A stretch of DNA of 64,000 nt. Source: Vicugna vicugna. Lineage: Eukaryota. Within the stretch, counting starts at the first letter, position 1, and every line of letters starts with the position of its first letter. This document shows, piece after piece, positions 1 through 13,457 of this stretch. The position numbers and the translations under genes were made by a program. A model generated the notes under the pieces. The model saw nothing but the letters and a program-made list of their open reading frames with translations. It had not been told where the DNA came from and searched no databases. The DNA lies in the NCBI GenBank assembly GCA_013265495.1, contig MU058337.1:6182716-6246715 (forward strand), read 5' to 3'.

Positions 1-45
1 TAAATAAGTAAACCTAATTACCTACTCCCCGCCCCTGCAAAAAAG
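1..45 (+). mobile_element. 3' tail of a vic-1-like SINE (cut by window edge)
   Basis: taaataagtaaacctaattacct..cccc..aaaaa, the same tail as the other copies. Confidence 0.75.
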
Positions 46-245
46 CCACATCTCTGTTGCATATTCATTTTGTTTCTTTAACAACCCTTTCAAAATGTAA
101 AAACCTGCTAGGCAGAGTCTAGGAACAAGAACCAGCTGGGCAACCCTTTGTTTTGTGATAAGATCAACTCTTACCTTCCATTTCTTACACATCTGTGATA
201 TGATAAATTCTACTATCAGTTTCTGCGTTTATTACAACAGGAACT

Positions 246-605
246 ATCTTAGTTCAGACTGCTTTAACTAGTATACCATAGGCTGTGTGGCTTAAACAAT
301 AAATATTTATTTCTCACCATTCTGGGCATTAGTGTCAAGTCACGTTGCTAGAAGCCCAGTGTCTGCTGGGGGCCACTTCCTGGTTTGCAGATGGCATCTT
401 TTCCTTGTATCCTCACATGGTAGAAAGCCAGAGAGAGAGGAGGGACGCAAACTCTCTCGTGTGTAAGAGCACTAATCCCATTCATGAGGAATCCACTCTT
501 ATAACCTAATGACCTCTCAAAGGACCCACCTCCAAATACCATCATACAAGGGATTAGGCTTCAATATATGGATTTGGGAGGGACACAAACATTCAGTCCA
601 TAGCA
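246..605 (-). mobile_element. MaLR LTR (MLT1A/B-like)
   Basis: Ends gggacacaaacattcagtccatagca, the reverse of the MLT1A start; begins tcttagttcagactgct. Confidence 0.85.
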
Positions 606-1590
606 GGAACCTGTGGGGTAGCAGTAGGGGCTTCCAGCTATTAGAGGAAGCAGTGGCAGAAATTCTGGCATCCAGCACCCAGGTACAATGTCCATGCTGA
701 GCCCAGGTGGCAGTGGAGTCTTTCCTGGGATCCTATAGGAGCACTGAGCCATGTTTTCCTGGTTGTGTATCCTCCAAGTTGACTCTTAAGCCCTCTGCAG
801 ATCTTGTGAGTTAATGTTCCTTACTTAATACATTCCATCTCTATTTAAACTAGCTAGGGTCTGTTGTTTATACATAAGAACTTAAAGATATAGATGCTTA
901 CTGATGAATTAATTCACCATCACCAATTCAATAGTGTATATGTACTAACACTAAAACCAGAGCTGTCTTTGTTCAATAAAAGTTTATCGAGATTTTTTTG
1001 TCCCAGTTAATGTAACAGAAGCATAAAAATGTGATTTCTTTCCTCAGGGAGTTTAAATTTCTCTAGAGAGTCAAAAGTAGCACACTGGAAACAAACAACA
1101 AGTATCAAACTGTATATCACTATACCTAAACCCACCTCAAAACAGCCCATGAGATGCTGCCATGCCCAGATCTTTTTCTTAGAATAGCAAACATAAAAGA
1201 GTCCTTAAGCTTTAAGTAGCCATACTTTGTGTCAACCTCATTCTGGCCACAATTTAGTAGCCCAAGAATATGGAAGATCTTGAGGAAATTTTCCAATATG
1301 CTTGAGACCCTGGCACCTATTCATAACAATTTTTATTCTCACGGGAACAAATTAGTAATAGTTTATGACCACTGTCTTTAAGCAAAGTATACCAAAGTCC
1401 CCCAACCCTTTCATATCTGCAGTGACAGAACAAGTAACTTTTGTAAATATGTTACAACAACAGATTCAGGAAACTTCCTTGCTTACTCTTCCTAATATAG
1501 ATTAAGGATAAACTTGGCTGTATCCTAAAAGATCAAAAGAGCTAAAAAGAATCAATTTCTGGCTCAGATGAAAAAGCAAAAGTAGATAAA

Positions 1591-1820
1591 ATAATAACAA
1601 TTAATATTTATTGAATGTTCTATGCCAGAGACTGTTCTAAGTCATCAAAATGTAATCTTAATCCTTACAAGTCGATAGGATGGATATTATTATTACCCTC
1701 TTTTTACAGGTAAGCCAGTTAAACAGTTTGCCCAAGATGAACAATTAATAAGTGGCAGAGCCTGGATAATGAACCTAGGCGGTGTAAGTCCAGAGCAAAT
1801 ATACTCTGCTATACTGCCTC
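1591..1820 (-). mobile_element. MIR SINE
   Basis: tttattgaatgttctatgccag..ttttacag..tgcccaag..aagtggcagagcctgga..tgaacctaggc. Confidence 0.85.
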
Positions 1821-1831
1821 AGTATACAGGT

Positions 1832-3760
1832 ATACCAAAAGTTGCAGGATACAAAATCAATATACAAAGATCTGTTGCAATTCTATACACTAATAATGAA
1901 CTATCAGAAAGAGAAATTAAGAAAACAATCCTATTTACAATTACATCAAAAATAATAAAATACATAGGAATAAATCTAATCAAGGAGGTGAAAGACCTGT
2001 GCACTGAAAACTTTAAGACACTGAAAAAAGAAATTGAAGACACACAAAAAAGGAAAGATATTCTATACTTATAGATTGGAAGAATTAATATTGTTAAAGT
2101 ATCTATAATACCCTACACAATTGACAGAGTCAATGCAATTCCTATCAAAATTCCAAAGGCATTTTTCACAGAAATAGAAAAAACATTTCTAAAATTTGTA
2201 TGGTACTACATAAGAGCCAAAGCCATCCTGAGGGGAAAAAACAAAGCTAGAGGTATCACACTTCTTGATTTCAAACTATATTACAAAATTTTAGTAATCA
2301 AAACAGTATAGTGTTGGCATAAAAACAGACACACAGATCAGTGGAACAGGATAGACAGCACAGAAATAAATCCATGTATATATATGATCAATTAATCTGC
2401 AGCAAAGAAGCCACGAATACACAATAGGGAAAGGACAGTCTCTTCTATAAATGGTGTTGGGAAAACTGGACAGCTACATGCAAAGAATGAAACTAGACCA
2501 CTATTTTATACCATACCAAAAAAAAAATCAACTCAATGGATTAAAAACTTGAATGTAAGACCTGAAACCATAAAATCCCTAGAAGAAACGATAGGTGGTA
2601 AGGTCCTTTCAGTCTGGTCAATGATTTTTTGGATTTGATACCAAAAGCAAAGGCGGCAAAAGCAAAAATAAACAAGTGGGACTACATCAAACTAAAACTT
2701 TCCACACAGCACAGGAAACTGTCAACAAAATGAAAAGGCAACCTACAAAATGGAAGAAAATATTTGCAAATCATGTATCTGATAAGGGGTTAATATCTAA
2801 AACGCATAAAGAACTCATACCTCATACAAGTCAAGAGCAAAAGAAAAATTCAATTAAAAAATGGCAGAGGAACTGAACAGACATTTTTCCAAAAAAGACA
2901 TACAAAGGGCATATACGTGAAATAGGTACATCACTAATAATCAGGGAAATGTACATCACAACCACAGTGAGACATCACCTCACACCTATTAGAATGGCTA
3001 TCATGAAAGCAATAGAGATAAGTGTTGGCAAAGGATGTGCAGAAAACAGAGCTCTTGTACACTGTTAATGGGAATGTAAATTGGCACAGCCACTATGGAA
3101 AACAACATAGGGGTTCCTCAAAATGTTAATAATGGAACTAGCACATGATCCATCAATCCCACTTTTAGGTATATATCCAAAGGAAATGAAAACGAAATTG
3201 AAGAGATATCTGCACTTCCATGTTCACTGAAGCATTATTTACAACAGCCAAGATATGGAAACAACCTAAGTATCCATCAACAAATGAATGGATAAAGATG
3301 TGGAGTATAAAGTGAAATAAACCACACGGAGAAAGATAAAATACCATGTGCTGTCACTTACATGTGGAATCCTAAAAACAAGAAAAAAAATGTCAAACTC
3401 ACAGAAACAGAGTAGAAAAGTGTTTGCAGGGAGAGTCTAGGACAAGGGAGGAAATAGGGAGTGATTGGTAACAGGGTGCAAACTTTCAGCAATAAGATGA
3501 GTAAGTTCTGAGGCTCTAACATATGGTGACTATAATTGATAACACTATATTAGAGAGTAGAATTTAATTGTTCCCACCAAAAAAAAAAAAGTTATATATG
3601 TGAGGTAATGGATGTGTCAATTAACAAGATGGAGGGGAATCCTTTCAAAATGTATACATATATCAAATCACCACAATGTACACTTCAAATATCTTATAAT
3701 TTTGTATATTAATCATACCTCAGTAGAGTTGAAATTTATAAATAAATAAATATCAATAAA
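1832..3760 (+). mobile_element. L1 (L1MA-like) ORF2 3' part and 3'UTR, degraded
   Basis: Peptide [49 protein letters not shown]; stops and frameshifts; A-rich end. Confidence 0.95.
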
Positions 3761-3769
3761 TTTTTAAAA

Positions 3770-4110
3770 TACTCAAAATTGTCAAGGTCATGAAAATCAA
3801 GGAAAGACAGAAACTATCACAGACCAGAGATGGCTAAGGACGTACAACGACTAAATACAATGCAGTATCCTGGGTTGGATCCTAAAACTGAAAACTGTAA
3901 AAACTACTGAGATCCAAATAGAGTCTAGAGGTTAGTTAATAACAATGTACCAGTACTGTTTCCTTAGTTTTAACAAATGTACCATGGGAATCTAAGATGT
4001 TAACAGTAGGGGAAATAGGGTAAAGAATGTGTGGGAATTCTCAGTATTTTGTCTTTAGAACTTTTCTATAAATCTAAAATTATTCCAAAAAAAGTTTATG
4101 ACCATAAAAA
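3770..4110 (+). mobile_element. Old L1M (L1MC-like) 3' end
   Basis: gtcaaggtcatgaaaatcaaggaaagac..actaaatacaatg..tctataaatctaaaattattccaaaa. Confidence 0.7.
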
Positions 4111-4400
4111 AAATATCAAAGACAGAAAAATGGATATTCTGGGTAAAGGACTTCCAAGCAGCAAGAATAGCATGTGTTACAATAGTGAGGTGCAAATCCA
4201 GCAGCATGTTTTCCATCACAAATGGTATGACTTGAGCAAAGGAAATATTTAAAGGCAAAACTGAAGGAAGAGGAAGGGGCCAGATCCTGAAGAAAGTAAA
4301 TCGTGTACTACAGAGTGGATGGGTTTTATCTTTGAGGCCAGAAATCAAAATGTGGCAAAAATGGGCCACATATGGCACAAGGCTATGTTTGGTTTTAGCC

Positions 4401-4426
4401 GTGTGTGTGTGTGTGTGTGTGTGTGT
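4401..4426. repeat. (GT)n microsatellite
   Basis: Directly visible. Confidence 0.95.
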
Positions 4427-4964
4427 ATGCGCATGCACGTGCACACAAGTGTGCGTGCTAAATTGAGTTGGTTAACTATATTCAAAATATGGCAGCATTC
4501 ACATAAAACTCCAAATTTTCTACTTCTCTTGAGAGATTAAAAGACTTAACAATGCAGGGATTCCCCCATAACATTCAAAGACATCTCCTTTTGCCACACT
4601 AGGTTCTTTACTCGTTCTCTTTAGATGCATTTGTTTTTTTTTAATCTATATTCTTTGAGGTGAGAAACCTGAAGAATCTTAATCCAGGAAGTGATATTGT
4701 ATTTGCACTTTAGAAAGTATTTTACATCATTCTAGAACTAGAGCAAAAATATCCACATGGATAAACCCCACAAATAAAAGATGAAGCAAAAACAAAACAA
4801 AAAAAAGAAAAGAAAAGAAAAACAAGGTACAGAAGAGTCCTTCACTGCTCATATCACCTTCAGTCCTTAGGCAAAAGACAAAAGGAATTCTCAACTGTAG
4901 TTAAACTTTTGGAAACTCTTGAACTTCCTTGGCCTGAATTGTTGCCTTTTGTCTTAGTGACAGA

Positions 4965-5157
4965 TAGACCAGCTTATGAAAACCAATTGTTAAATTGTCA
5001 GGAATCTGCCAGACAGTTGTTAAATCCCTAGGAGCCTGAAATCAGCCTGTGGAAATACTTACAGAATGGAAATCAGAAAACACTACAAATCATGCCCCTC
5101 CCCCCACTCCCACTCTACTGAAAAATCTGTTGTTAAACATTTACCAGCACACCACTG
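4965..5157 (-). mobile_element. hAT non-autonomous element (MER63-like)
   Basis: Terminal gttgttaaacatttaccagcacaccactg. Confidence 0.6.
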
Positions 5158-5520
5158 CCTAGAAGGTTCCTATCCCTGATACTGCCCTTTGCAATATGCC
5201 CTTAGTCACTTCTAGGCATACGTCCAATACTGGCTACAGTTTGCTTATGACATGCCTATAAAATATACAATTAAACCTCCCACTGAGTGTATTCACTTTC
5301 CTGTGGGGACCACTCGGCTTCACTTGGTACCAGTTCCTAGGTATCTGTTAGTATCTCTAACTCAACCACTAAGTGACTTTTTAGACAGCAAACACCTCAA
5401 TAGGCCAACCAGAAATCTAAAACTCTATCACATTGTACCAGAAAGGGAGATTCCTGTCTCCACCTGTGGACCTTTCATAGGCGTAGTCTTTAGGAACTAA
5501 ATTTAACAGAAACAGTAGGA

Positions 5521-5651
5521 GGGGGAGGGTATAGTTCAGTGGTAAGTGCCTCCCTAGCATGCACGAGGTCCTGGGTTCAAACTCCAGTGCCTCCAATTAA
5601 TAAATAAATAAACCTAATTACCTCCCCCCCAAAAAATAAACTTTAAAAAAA
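5521..5651 (+). mobile_element. tRNA-derived SINE (camelid vic-1-like)
   Basis: GGGGAGGGTATAGTTCAGTGG (A box), GGTTCAAACT (B box), then TAAA repeats, CCTAATTACCTCCCC and an A tail. Confidence 0.9.
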
Positions 5652-6399
5652 GGCAGGAAACAGGTGGTGTACTTTCAGAGACTATCTCACCTTCACATGC
5701 CTTACAAGACCGGCGCACCACTTAAACTCAGTCCCAAGCTCTTTTGCTTTAGATCTAGCTCATAGTTTCTTTCATAATTAAGTCACTGACACTGGACCAA
5801 TCTTGAAGAGTGACACCATCACTCAAGGTGATGAACATGTATTTCCTATGAAAATTTTGGACTGAAAACTAGTTGTCAGTTCCTTTCACGCCATGTTTGA
5901 CTCCAAGCAAGATGTTTCTTATTAGATGGAAATGAGAAGGTACAGAATATTTCTCAATCTTGCCTGGGAATGACAGGCACCAGTGCTTGTCAGTACAAGC
6001 CTGGATAGCTCAGCACCAGCCTGTGTACTTAATTCCTGTCATTAGAAAACTAACACTCCTACACACTGGGAGTGACCCCAACTGTTCATTTCTAGGCAAA
6101 AGTTGCCCTCACTCTGAGTACTCATTCTCTCTTAAAGTTGGCACTGACTATTCTGTCTTAACAATAAGACTGGGCTGCTTTTCAGGCTGGGGAACTTCAT
6201 ATACTGAATGGTGATGATGTAAACTCATGGTGAAATAAATGCTAGGCTTAATTGCACTGTAATTGTGTCATTATTTAATATCTCCTGTAAATTCTATCAT
6301 AATAGGGGCTATATCTTTATTATTCATTATTATATGTCTTGTGCCTGGCACATATAGCAGGCACACACACACATATATATATTAATATATATATTTATC

Positions 6400-9180
6400 T
6401 CTCTCATAAATTCATGTTGATACTTCCAATTCAGAGTTAATATCATAGTACTTTTCTTCTTATCTTCTTAACTTAGAAATCTTGGTTCCTAATAACATTA
6501 ATATTTACTTGTTTTCTTTTTTATTTTATAATATCCAGAAGTATATTTTATAATATTTTATATTATATAAAAGTATACATTATGAACAAAAATATTACTA
6601 ACAACAAATTTATTGAATGCAGTTTAAAATACCTTTGCAGTTTTATTTATCCTTAAGAGTTAATGTGTGGAAAATGTTACACTGTTCTGTGTTCCAAAGT
6701 AACTTTATTTCCTCAATGTGATTTAAGTGTTATGTTCAGTTCCATTTATTTGTTTCTGTTTGTGTTCAACTTTAGGGTTGTTTTCTTATTCTACTTAATT
6801 TTATTTTTTGAATATGTAAATCGTTTACCTGATCCAGAAGTCTATAAACTATAGAAAAAGGATACCTGGAGAATTCTTGCTCCCATCCTTGTCCCCTATA
6901 CCATTCTATCAATCCTCTATAAACAATTTCCATTTTCTAAAATTTCTTGTTTATTCTATTCTCACAAAAATAATTATATATACATATGTATAAGTATATA
7001 CAAATGTATTTATGTGTGAATATGCCATAGTTTATTCAATCAGCCTTCTATTGATGGATACTCAGATTTGATTTTAAGTTTTTCCCATTACAAATAATTT
7101 CACAATGCAGAGCACAGTACATTTTATATGTTGCATTTGTGGAGGTTTACCTTCACCTAGGTACCTAGAAGGACCACTGAGTCAAAGAGTAAATGCACAC
7201 ATAATTTTATTATAAATTGCCAAATTTTCCCTCCAAAGGGGTTTTGCCATTCTGCAACCCCACCAGCAATGTGTAAGAATATTTGTTTCTTCCCAAGCTT
7301 ACCAAGAGTGTGTTAAGCTTTTGGATTTCTTCTGGTAAAGAACTGGGAAGGGTATGAGATTTTACCCTCCTTGCAGGTTAACCAGTTAGCCTTTGTGGGT
7401 GCTGCCAGAAGACACTAATCTCTTAGGTTGGAAGCAAAAGAACCTATTATTTATGGCACAGTGGGAGCCTGAGTTTCATGTTGGCATTGGTTTATCATGC
7501 CCCCCAAATTCCATGGGGATATTGAGGAGCCACCCAGGTAGATGCTGTGCCCAGGGGAGTTTGTGTCACAGCAGAGGAACACTGAGCTTAGTCCTAATCT
7601 TATAAGGGGCTGCTAAAAAATCTGCCCATCGTTTACTCCAGAGGAAGATGTTATCTTTATTATCCTGGTCTGGAAACAAATTTGTCCTCTGTCACAGAGG
7701 GAGGCACTATTTTTGTCTTCTCTATCTATTTGCTACACAAACATCCTTGAAAAGACAGTGGAGAATAAAAACTGTCACATGATGTGTAGAATCACCATGA
7801 AGATTGTCTCCCAACACTTCCAATCTGATGAGTGAAGAACAGTATTTCAATATACTTTAATTTGCATTTCTTTTCTGAGGAAAAGTGCTGACTATTTTTT
7901 TCAAATGTTTCACAGGCATTTGCCTTTCATGTTCTATGAACTGTCTCTTAACATTTCTGGCCATTTTCCTACTGGGCTTTTGTCTTTTATATATATATAT
8001 ATAAATAGCTTTATTATGATTTAATTTACATACCATACAGTTCACCCATTTAAAGTATACAATTCAATGATTTTTAGTATATTTATACAGTTGTGCAACC
8101 ATCACCATAATATATTTTTGGAACACTTTTAATACCCTCAAAAGAAATCTCATACCCATCAGCATCACCCCTCATTCCCAACTTCCACCCCTACCCCACC
8201 CAGCCTAGATGAGCACTTACCTACTCTCTGTCTCTATAGATTTACCCATTCTGGATGTTTCATATAAACAGTATCACGGAGTATGTGATCTTTTGTGACT
8301 GGCTTCTTTTACTTAGCATGTTTTGGAGGTTCACCCATGTTGCAGCACCTCTTAATACTCTTCCTAATTTTTTTACTTATTTATCCATGGCAGAAATTAG
8401 CTATTTTGTTATTAGCTAATTTAGCTGCAAATATTTTCTGCTAGTTTTTATTTGTCTTTTGAGTTCGCTTATGATGCTTTTACCAAGCAAAAGTTTATAT
8501 CTATTTTAGATAGATATGATAGACAAAATGTATCAATCTTCTGGAATTTATAACAGTTCTTCCTCATGTCCAGGTTATAAAGAGGTAGGCATATTTTTTT
8601 CTTGAACTTATATTTACATTTTTGTATGCTGAAATAACTCATCTATTTGGAGTAAATATAATGTAAATTAAGGGGAATGTAAATCCAAATACATATCTTT
8701 TTCTTAAATGACTCTCTAGTCATGTTAATGCCATTTTAAAGTTAATCTTGTCCCTCAATGATTTAAGATGCTACCTTTGTCATATGTTAAATTTCCATAC
8801 ATACTTAGAACTATTTCTACTGGTTTGTGTATATAGCCAGGCATCAACACCACACTGTTTTAATTATAGGATCTTTATAGTATTTTTTAATACATAGTAA
8901 GGCCAGCCTCCTCTCATTGCTCTTCCTTTTGAAGACTTTCACAGATATTCTGGCTTATTTATTTTTCTACTTGAAGTTTAGGATCCAGTGCCAGGAAAAG
9001 TTTTCCTGGCATCTTTTTACATTAAATGTATATATTAACCTCAGGAGATCTGACATATTTAAGAGGTTGAATGGTCCTATTCAAGAATGAGGAATGTGTT
9101 TCTATTTTTCTTGAATCCCACTTTCGTGATTTTTCAGGACTGCTTCAAAATCTTCTTCATATAGGCTTTGTGTATAATCT
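6400..9180 (-). mobile_element. Degraded old L1M fragments, with a nested L1MB 3' end at ~8000-8350
   Basis: ttgccaaatt..caccagcaatgtgtaaga, taatttgcatttc and tcacccatttaaagtatacaattca motifs. Confidence 0.7.
7333..7815 (-). mobile_element. ERVL-type solo LTR nested in L1
   Basis: Ends attgtctcccaaca (reverse TGTTGGGAGACAAT) and interrupts L1 sequence; subfamily uncertain. Confidence 0.55.
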
Positions 9181-10228
9181 TTTAAATCACAGTGATCCCA
9201 TCCTCTGTGTGACTACGTCAGTTGAGTAGGATCAATCCTATCAGCAACTCTTCTGAGGAGAGGTAAGGAAATGGGCTAACAGAGAGGAAAACAGAAGAGC
9301 AAACATTTTCTATGCTTAGTTTCCTTGATTTTAGTTTCATTAACCCCACTGAGGGTTGTGCATGTGTGTACGTTGCTAGGTATGCTATTACATGGTACTC
9401 ACTGAAACACTCTCTTTGGTAAGCTTTATTGGACAATATGGCTGAGCAGAATGCAAGATGGGAAATAGACTAGAGTGAATTTTGGGGTCTAGTGTATAAC
9501 AGGGCTTTGGAGTTAAGCTATTTTGTATTCAATTCAGAGACTTCTGAAGGGACACCTCGTCTGCCCAATGAACTGATTCCAGTAAGAGTCAAAGGAGAAA
9601 TATCAAGCATCAGGAAAGTGGTTTCCCAAAGGTGAAAGAAGGACTTCCCTGACACTCTGTTAGATGCCTCTCCTGCGACAGATGGCTGCACTCCGGGTTA
9701 GCTCTAGGCCTCCTTTAAAACCTTATAAAATAAAAGAAACTATACAAAATGAGAAGTATAGGAAGAAAGGAAAAAGCCAATTTCTTTCTTCAAATCCTTC
9801 CAGTTCCTCTTCGGCTCAGGAAACAAAGGGGTTTATTATATAGGACCAGAAGCAATCTTGTTTTAATAATGTTCAGCCATCTCTCTGTTGGCTTCATCAT
9901 CTCAGTCTCTGGGACCCTCAAGTTACCTACAGGTTGGCAAAATAAAAGGCCTCCTCTTCTGAAAGGTTTCCCCTGCTTTGAATCTTTCCTAGTATCCTTA
10001 TTCTATCTTAAAATGTACCAGAACATCCATATAATGGGAGACTATGTATGTGTGAAAAGAAATGAGGAAAATCTCTATATACAACAGTGGAATGACTGCC
10101 AGGATATACTGTTGAAAGAGAAAAATCAAGGTAGAGTGCGCATAGTTTGCTAGCATTTATCTAACAAAAAAGAACTATAGATACAGATTATAATAGATAC
10201 ACTTGTAATAAAACAAATGATGGAGATA

Positions 10229-12420
10229 GTCCACAGCCCTTTCCTCCCCCTTCCTGACAGCCTGGCCTGAGCACGCAGAGATCCTGTAGCTCTGCTGCAC
10301 CACGTGTGGCACTTGGGGTCTTTTAGGCAGTGATGACTGTGCATCTGCTCAGTGTCTGAGTCATACGAAGATTGCACACAGAGTCCAGATGCATTTCGCC
10401 TTCAGAATATCAATGGCTACAACAACTGCAGCTTTGGATTTCAGTGGCTGGCAGTAGTTGACCAACTGTTTGGGATGCAGACATTTTGAGCTAAGAAATA
10501 TCCTTATTTGTGGGTTGGTTACAATGGTGAGATCTATAACCACAAGGAGATGAAATACTATTTTGAATCTGATCACCAGACCAAAGCAGATAATGAGATA
10601 ATCCTTCATCTTTATAACAAAGGAGGAACTGAGCAAGCAATTTGTATGCTACATGGGGTGTCTGCATTTATTTTATTGGATACTGTGAGTAAGAAAGTGT
10701 TCTTGGGCAGAGAGACACCTACGGAATCAGACCTTTGTTTAAAGTCATGATAGAAGATGGATTTTTTGGCTGTGGGTTCAGAAGCTAAAAGTTTTGTTAA
10801 CTTGAAGTGCACATCACAACTCTTTTTTCAAAGTGGAGCCTTTTTTTCCAGGAAACTATAAAGTTTTGGATTTAAACCCAAAAGGTAAAGTTACATCAGT
10901 GGAAATGGTTAAGTATCACCATTGTAGAGATGAACTTCTGCATGCCCTCCATAACAGTTCAGAGAAACTATTCCCAGGTTTTGAGATAGAAATTATGTAG
11001 CTAGGTGAGGAGAACTGAAGAGAGCAAGTATGGACAACTCTTCAAGGACTTTTGCTATCTATAAAGGAAAGTGAGAAATAGAAGAGAGATATTCCACCAT
11101 GTATGTATCTTCATACATTATAAATGATCCAGTAGATAGCGGGAAAATGATGATGCAAGAGACAGGGAACAATCCTTAAAACTGAAACTCAAACAAGATT
11201 CCAATGGGATAAAGTAATTAATGTTTGTCTAGGGAAGTAGATTTATTCATGTTATTTTTTCTTCCTTATATACGTGCGTACTTCCAGATCCTTTTTGACA
11301 ATGCTATTAAGAAACATTTGATGACAGATAGGACTAGGTGCTTTTAATCAGGGGACTTGGATTCCAGCTTTGTTGCCGTAACCCTGCTGAAGCAGCTGAA
11401 AGTAGCCCAAGTATAGTACTCTCCATACACGTGCAACTGACATGGAAGATAGTCTCAATTTACTGGCTGTTAGAAAGGTGGCAAATTATACTGGGAGTGA
11501 ACATCATGAAGGCCTTTTTAACTCTAAGGAAGGTATTTGGGTCCTGGGTGATGTCATATTTTCCTTGGAAACTGATGGCATTACAATAATCCATGCTTCA
11601 GTAGATATGGATTTAATTTCCAAGTACATTTGGAAGAGCACAGATAGCATGGTGCTATTCTCTGGAGAAGGTTCAGATAAACTTTCACAAGGTTATATAT
11701 ATTTTCACAAAAATTCATTCTTCTGAAAAAGTCAAGGAAGAGAGTAAGAGACTTCTAAACGAACAATGCTTGTTTGATGTTCTCCGCACAGATCAAACTA
11801 CTGCTGCCCGTGGCCTTGAACTGAGGGCCCCATTTGTGGATCACTGATTTTCTTCTATTACTTGTCTCTGCCACCAGAAATGAGAATACCAAAGAATGGG
11901 ATAGAAAACATCTCCTGAGAGAGAGATTTGAGGACTCCAGTCTGATACTTAAAGAGATAGATTCCCTGGTGACCAAAAGAAGGTTTCAGTGATGGGATAA
12001 CCTTGGGTAAGAATTTCTGGTTTAGGAATTTACAGGAATATATTGAACATCAGGCTGATGATGCAATAGATGGCAACTTCATGACAAATATTTCCCTTCA
12101 GTACTCCTAAAACTAAAGAAGGCTATTACTACCAACAAATCTTTTGAGTGCCAGGCTGACAGGCTAATCAATTCCTGGATGCCAAGGAAGATCAATGCCA
12201 CTGACCCTTCTGCCGGCACTTTGACCCATTACAAGTCAGCTGACAAAGCTTAGTACTCGCTAAGCTATAGACTTAAAGTGTTTCTTCTTCTTGTGAAGGT
12301 TAGTGGGATTGGGGTCAGTGGGTGGGAGTAGCAATAAGAGTCAACCACCTAGACTCACTTGGGCATGAAAAAAATGAAAGTCTCAAATCTAAAACTCAAA
12401 GGAAAAATAAATAATGAAAT
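10229..12420 (+). pseudogene. ASNS: Processed pseudogene of asparagine synthetase (ASNS)
   Basis: Intronless fragments [56 protein letters not shown] and DPSAGTLTHYKSADKA* (TAG 12251-12253). Start codon mutated to ACG at 10302. Frameshifts and stops throughout. UTR remnants and an A-rich end at ~12395-12420. Confidence 0.95.
11005..11180 (-). mobile_element. L2 internal fragment within an insertion in the ASNS pseudogene
   Basis: gagagcaagtatggacaactcttcaagg and gatccagtagatagcgggaaaatgatgatgcaagagacaggg resemble the recalled L2 consensus. Confidence 0.6.
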
Positions 12421-13309
12421 ACAAAAGAAATAGTTACCAGTGGGGTGGAAGAAGGAATAGGATGGAGAAGACAGAGATAGAAGACAGACATGCTTTGCAT
12501 ACTTGACTTTGAAACTATGTAAATATTTTATATAGATCTAAAACAAAATAAATTTTAGAAATCTCTAAGTATACAAAGCAAAGTAAAACAAATAAAATCA
12601 CTTAGTGACCTCCAAACCACTAAGTCCAATGCCTTCCTTCAGGGTACGGTCAACTTAACTTGTCTTTGACATTGTTAACATTGTTGACCCTTGATTCATT
12701 ATTAAAATTCTCTTCCTTTTTGGCTTATCTGAGACGAATCTCTCCTGGTTTACCTTATAAGTCTCTGATTTCACTTCTCAGTATCTCTCACTGGAACTTC
12801 TTCTTCCATCTGTCTTTTCATAAGTAGTTCTCATTCTAAATTTACTCTTCTTAATCCACTGTCTACTCCCAGCAATAAAATTATATACTCCCTTGGCTTC
12901 TATTAGACACATTTACATTAATATGTGATCATGAGAAAACAAATTTAATATCAATATACGTTCATCTACTATAGGGAAATACTGTCATGGGAGAGGAAAA
13001 GTGATTCTGTTTCAAGGGAACTGCTCTAGCAGTTTCTTTGAGTAAGCTGCTTCACACATCTACTAAATTCCTGTCCTTTCCTCAAAACCTGTCTCCCTCA
13101 GATGTTACCTCCTCTGTTAAGCCTTCTTAGATTTCTCTGGCCAAGTTAATTACTACATCCTCTTCATGTTGATAACATAAAAGCTCTTATGACATTTTAA
13201 ATTGTGACATATATTTGTGGGTATGTGTTCTCTGCTCCTGGAGTATAAACTTTTGAAAGCAGTGAAACTGAGTTTATAGTGCTAAAAATAAGAATAAAGA
13301 GAAAGAGAT

Positions 13310-13457
13310 GGGGGAGGGTATAGCTCAAGTGGTAGAGCACATGCTTAGCATGCACAAGTTCCTGGTTTCAATCCCTAGTACCTCCATTTTAAAAATAATT
13401 AAGTAAGTAAACCTAATTGCCTCTCCCGCTCAAAAACAAAACAAAACAAAAAGAAAG
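13310..13457 (+). mobile_element. tRNA-derived SINE (vic-1-like)
   Basis: A/B boxes and tail; TSD gaataaagagaa at 13292-13303 and 13458-13469. Confidence 0.92.

Noticed and set aside
1769..2074. 101-aa ORF (and 36812-37150) as host genes
   Set aside because: Both are L1 ORF2 remnants.
10302..12253. Functional ASNS retrogene
   Set aside because: Start codon lost, multiple frameshifts and stops, and a ~280-bp insertion.
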